Shown here: piece after piece, positions 63,501-63,981 of the stretch
How positions within the stretch are numbered: the stretch's first letter is position 1
Layout of the letters: each line of letters starts with the position of its first letter
NCBI RefSeq assembly: GCF_001194135.2
Contig: NC_068981.1
Coordinates: 2,513,145-2,577,125 of the forward strand
DNA: 63,981 nucleotides
Source: Octopus bimaculoides
Lineage: Eukaryota
Reading direction: 5' to 3'
Translations under genes and position numbers: made by a program
The notes under the pieces: generated by a model
The model's input: the letters and a program-made list of their open reading frames with translations, nothing else
Databases searched by the model: none
Told to the model about the DNA's origin: nothing

Positions 63501-63819
63501 ATTGAATTGACAGAAAAAAGGATACAAATTCAATTTGAATTCAAAATCAAATATATTCACTTCAAACTTTTAGCAGTTGGATTTTTTTCTCTGAGTTCAT
63601 TATATCCGAACTTTTAGATATTTGGTATTGACTGTGATATCAAAATGCATATAACAGCGAACACAATATATCAACATTGTTCTTGCTGCCATGAAGTTAC
63701 ACTTTTTATGAGATAATTACAGTTTATAAATACAATAATTTTTGAAACTTTGAATAATCACAAAACTAACTTTTATCAAACAATGCCAGTTCACAGTGAT
63801 TTTATGTGTGTATATGTCA

Positions 63820-63909
63820 GCTATCTCTGACGAGCGTATATTATATAACTGGTTTGTTGCCTAACACACCATTATATAATTTCACACGAAACCGATTGGT
63901 AAGACCAGC
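63820..63909 (+). ncRNA. Near-canonical type-I hammerhead ribozyme
   Basis: GCT-A-TCT CTGACGA GCGT..ACAC GAAA CC-GATT-GG TA AGA-CC-AGC; long stem II (attatataa/ttatataat and tggtttgtt/aacacacca); GUA cleavage triplet at 63899-63901. Confidence 0.75.
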
Positions 63910-63981
63910 CGTGATGGATAATTAACACAATAAAATTCAGACAATATCTATCTATCTATCTATCTCTCTCTCTCTCTCTCT

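Overview
AT-rich, microsatellite-dense eukaryotic DNA with several N gaps. The repeat families (tRNA-derived SINEs, RTE, R4/Dong and Penelope-like retroelements, MITEs) look like octopus genomic DNA; this is recognition from memory, not a database result. Most ORFs in the supplied track are microsatellite or gap artefacts. Reading splice signals on the minus strand gives two phase-consistent multi-exon gene models. Gene A (about 2.3-28.3 kb) is a predicted secreted Pro/Tyr/Phe-rich protein with a long (PPGNF/PPVNF)n exon and duplicated phase-1 exons. Gene B (49.1 kb to at least 62.6 kb, 5' end not found) joins a Pro/Tyr-rich low-complexity region to a C-terminal domain resembling the transcobalamin/intrinsic-factor beta domain (DUF4430-like). 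The window also holds several minimal type-I hammerhead-ribozyme-like motifs, Merlin-like, piggyBac-like and hAT-like MITEs, and RT-less RTE derivatives. All gene models and family calls were made by eye and need RNA-seq and HMM confirmation.
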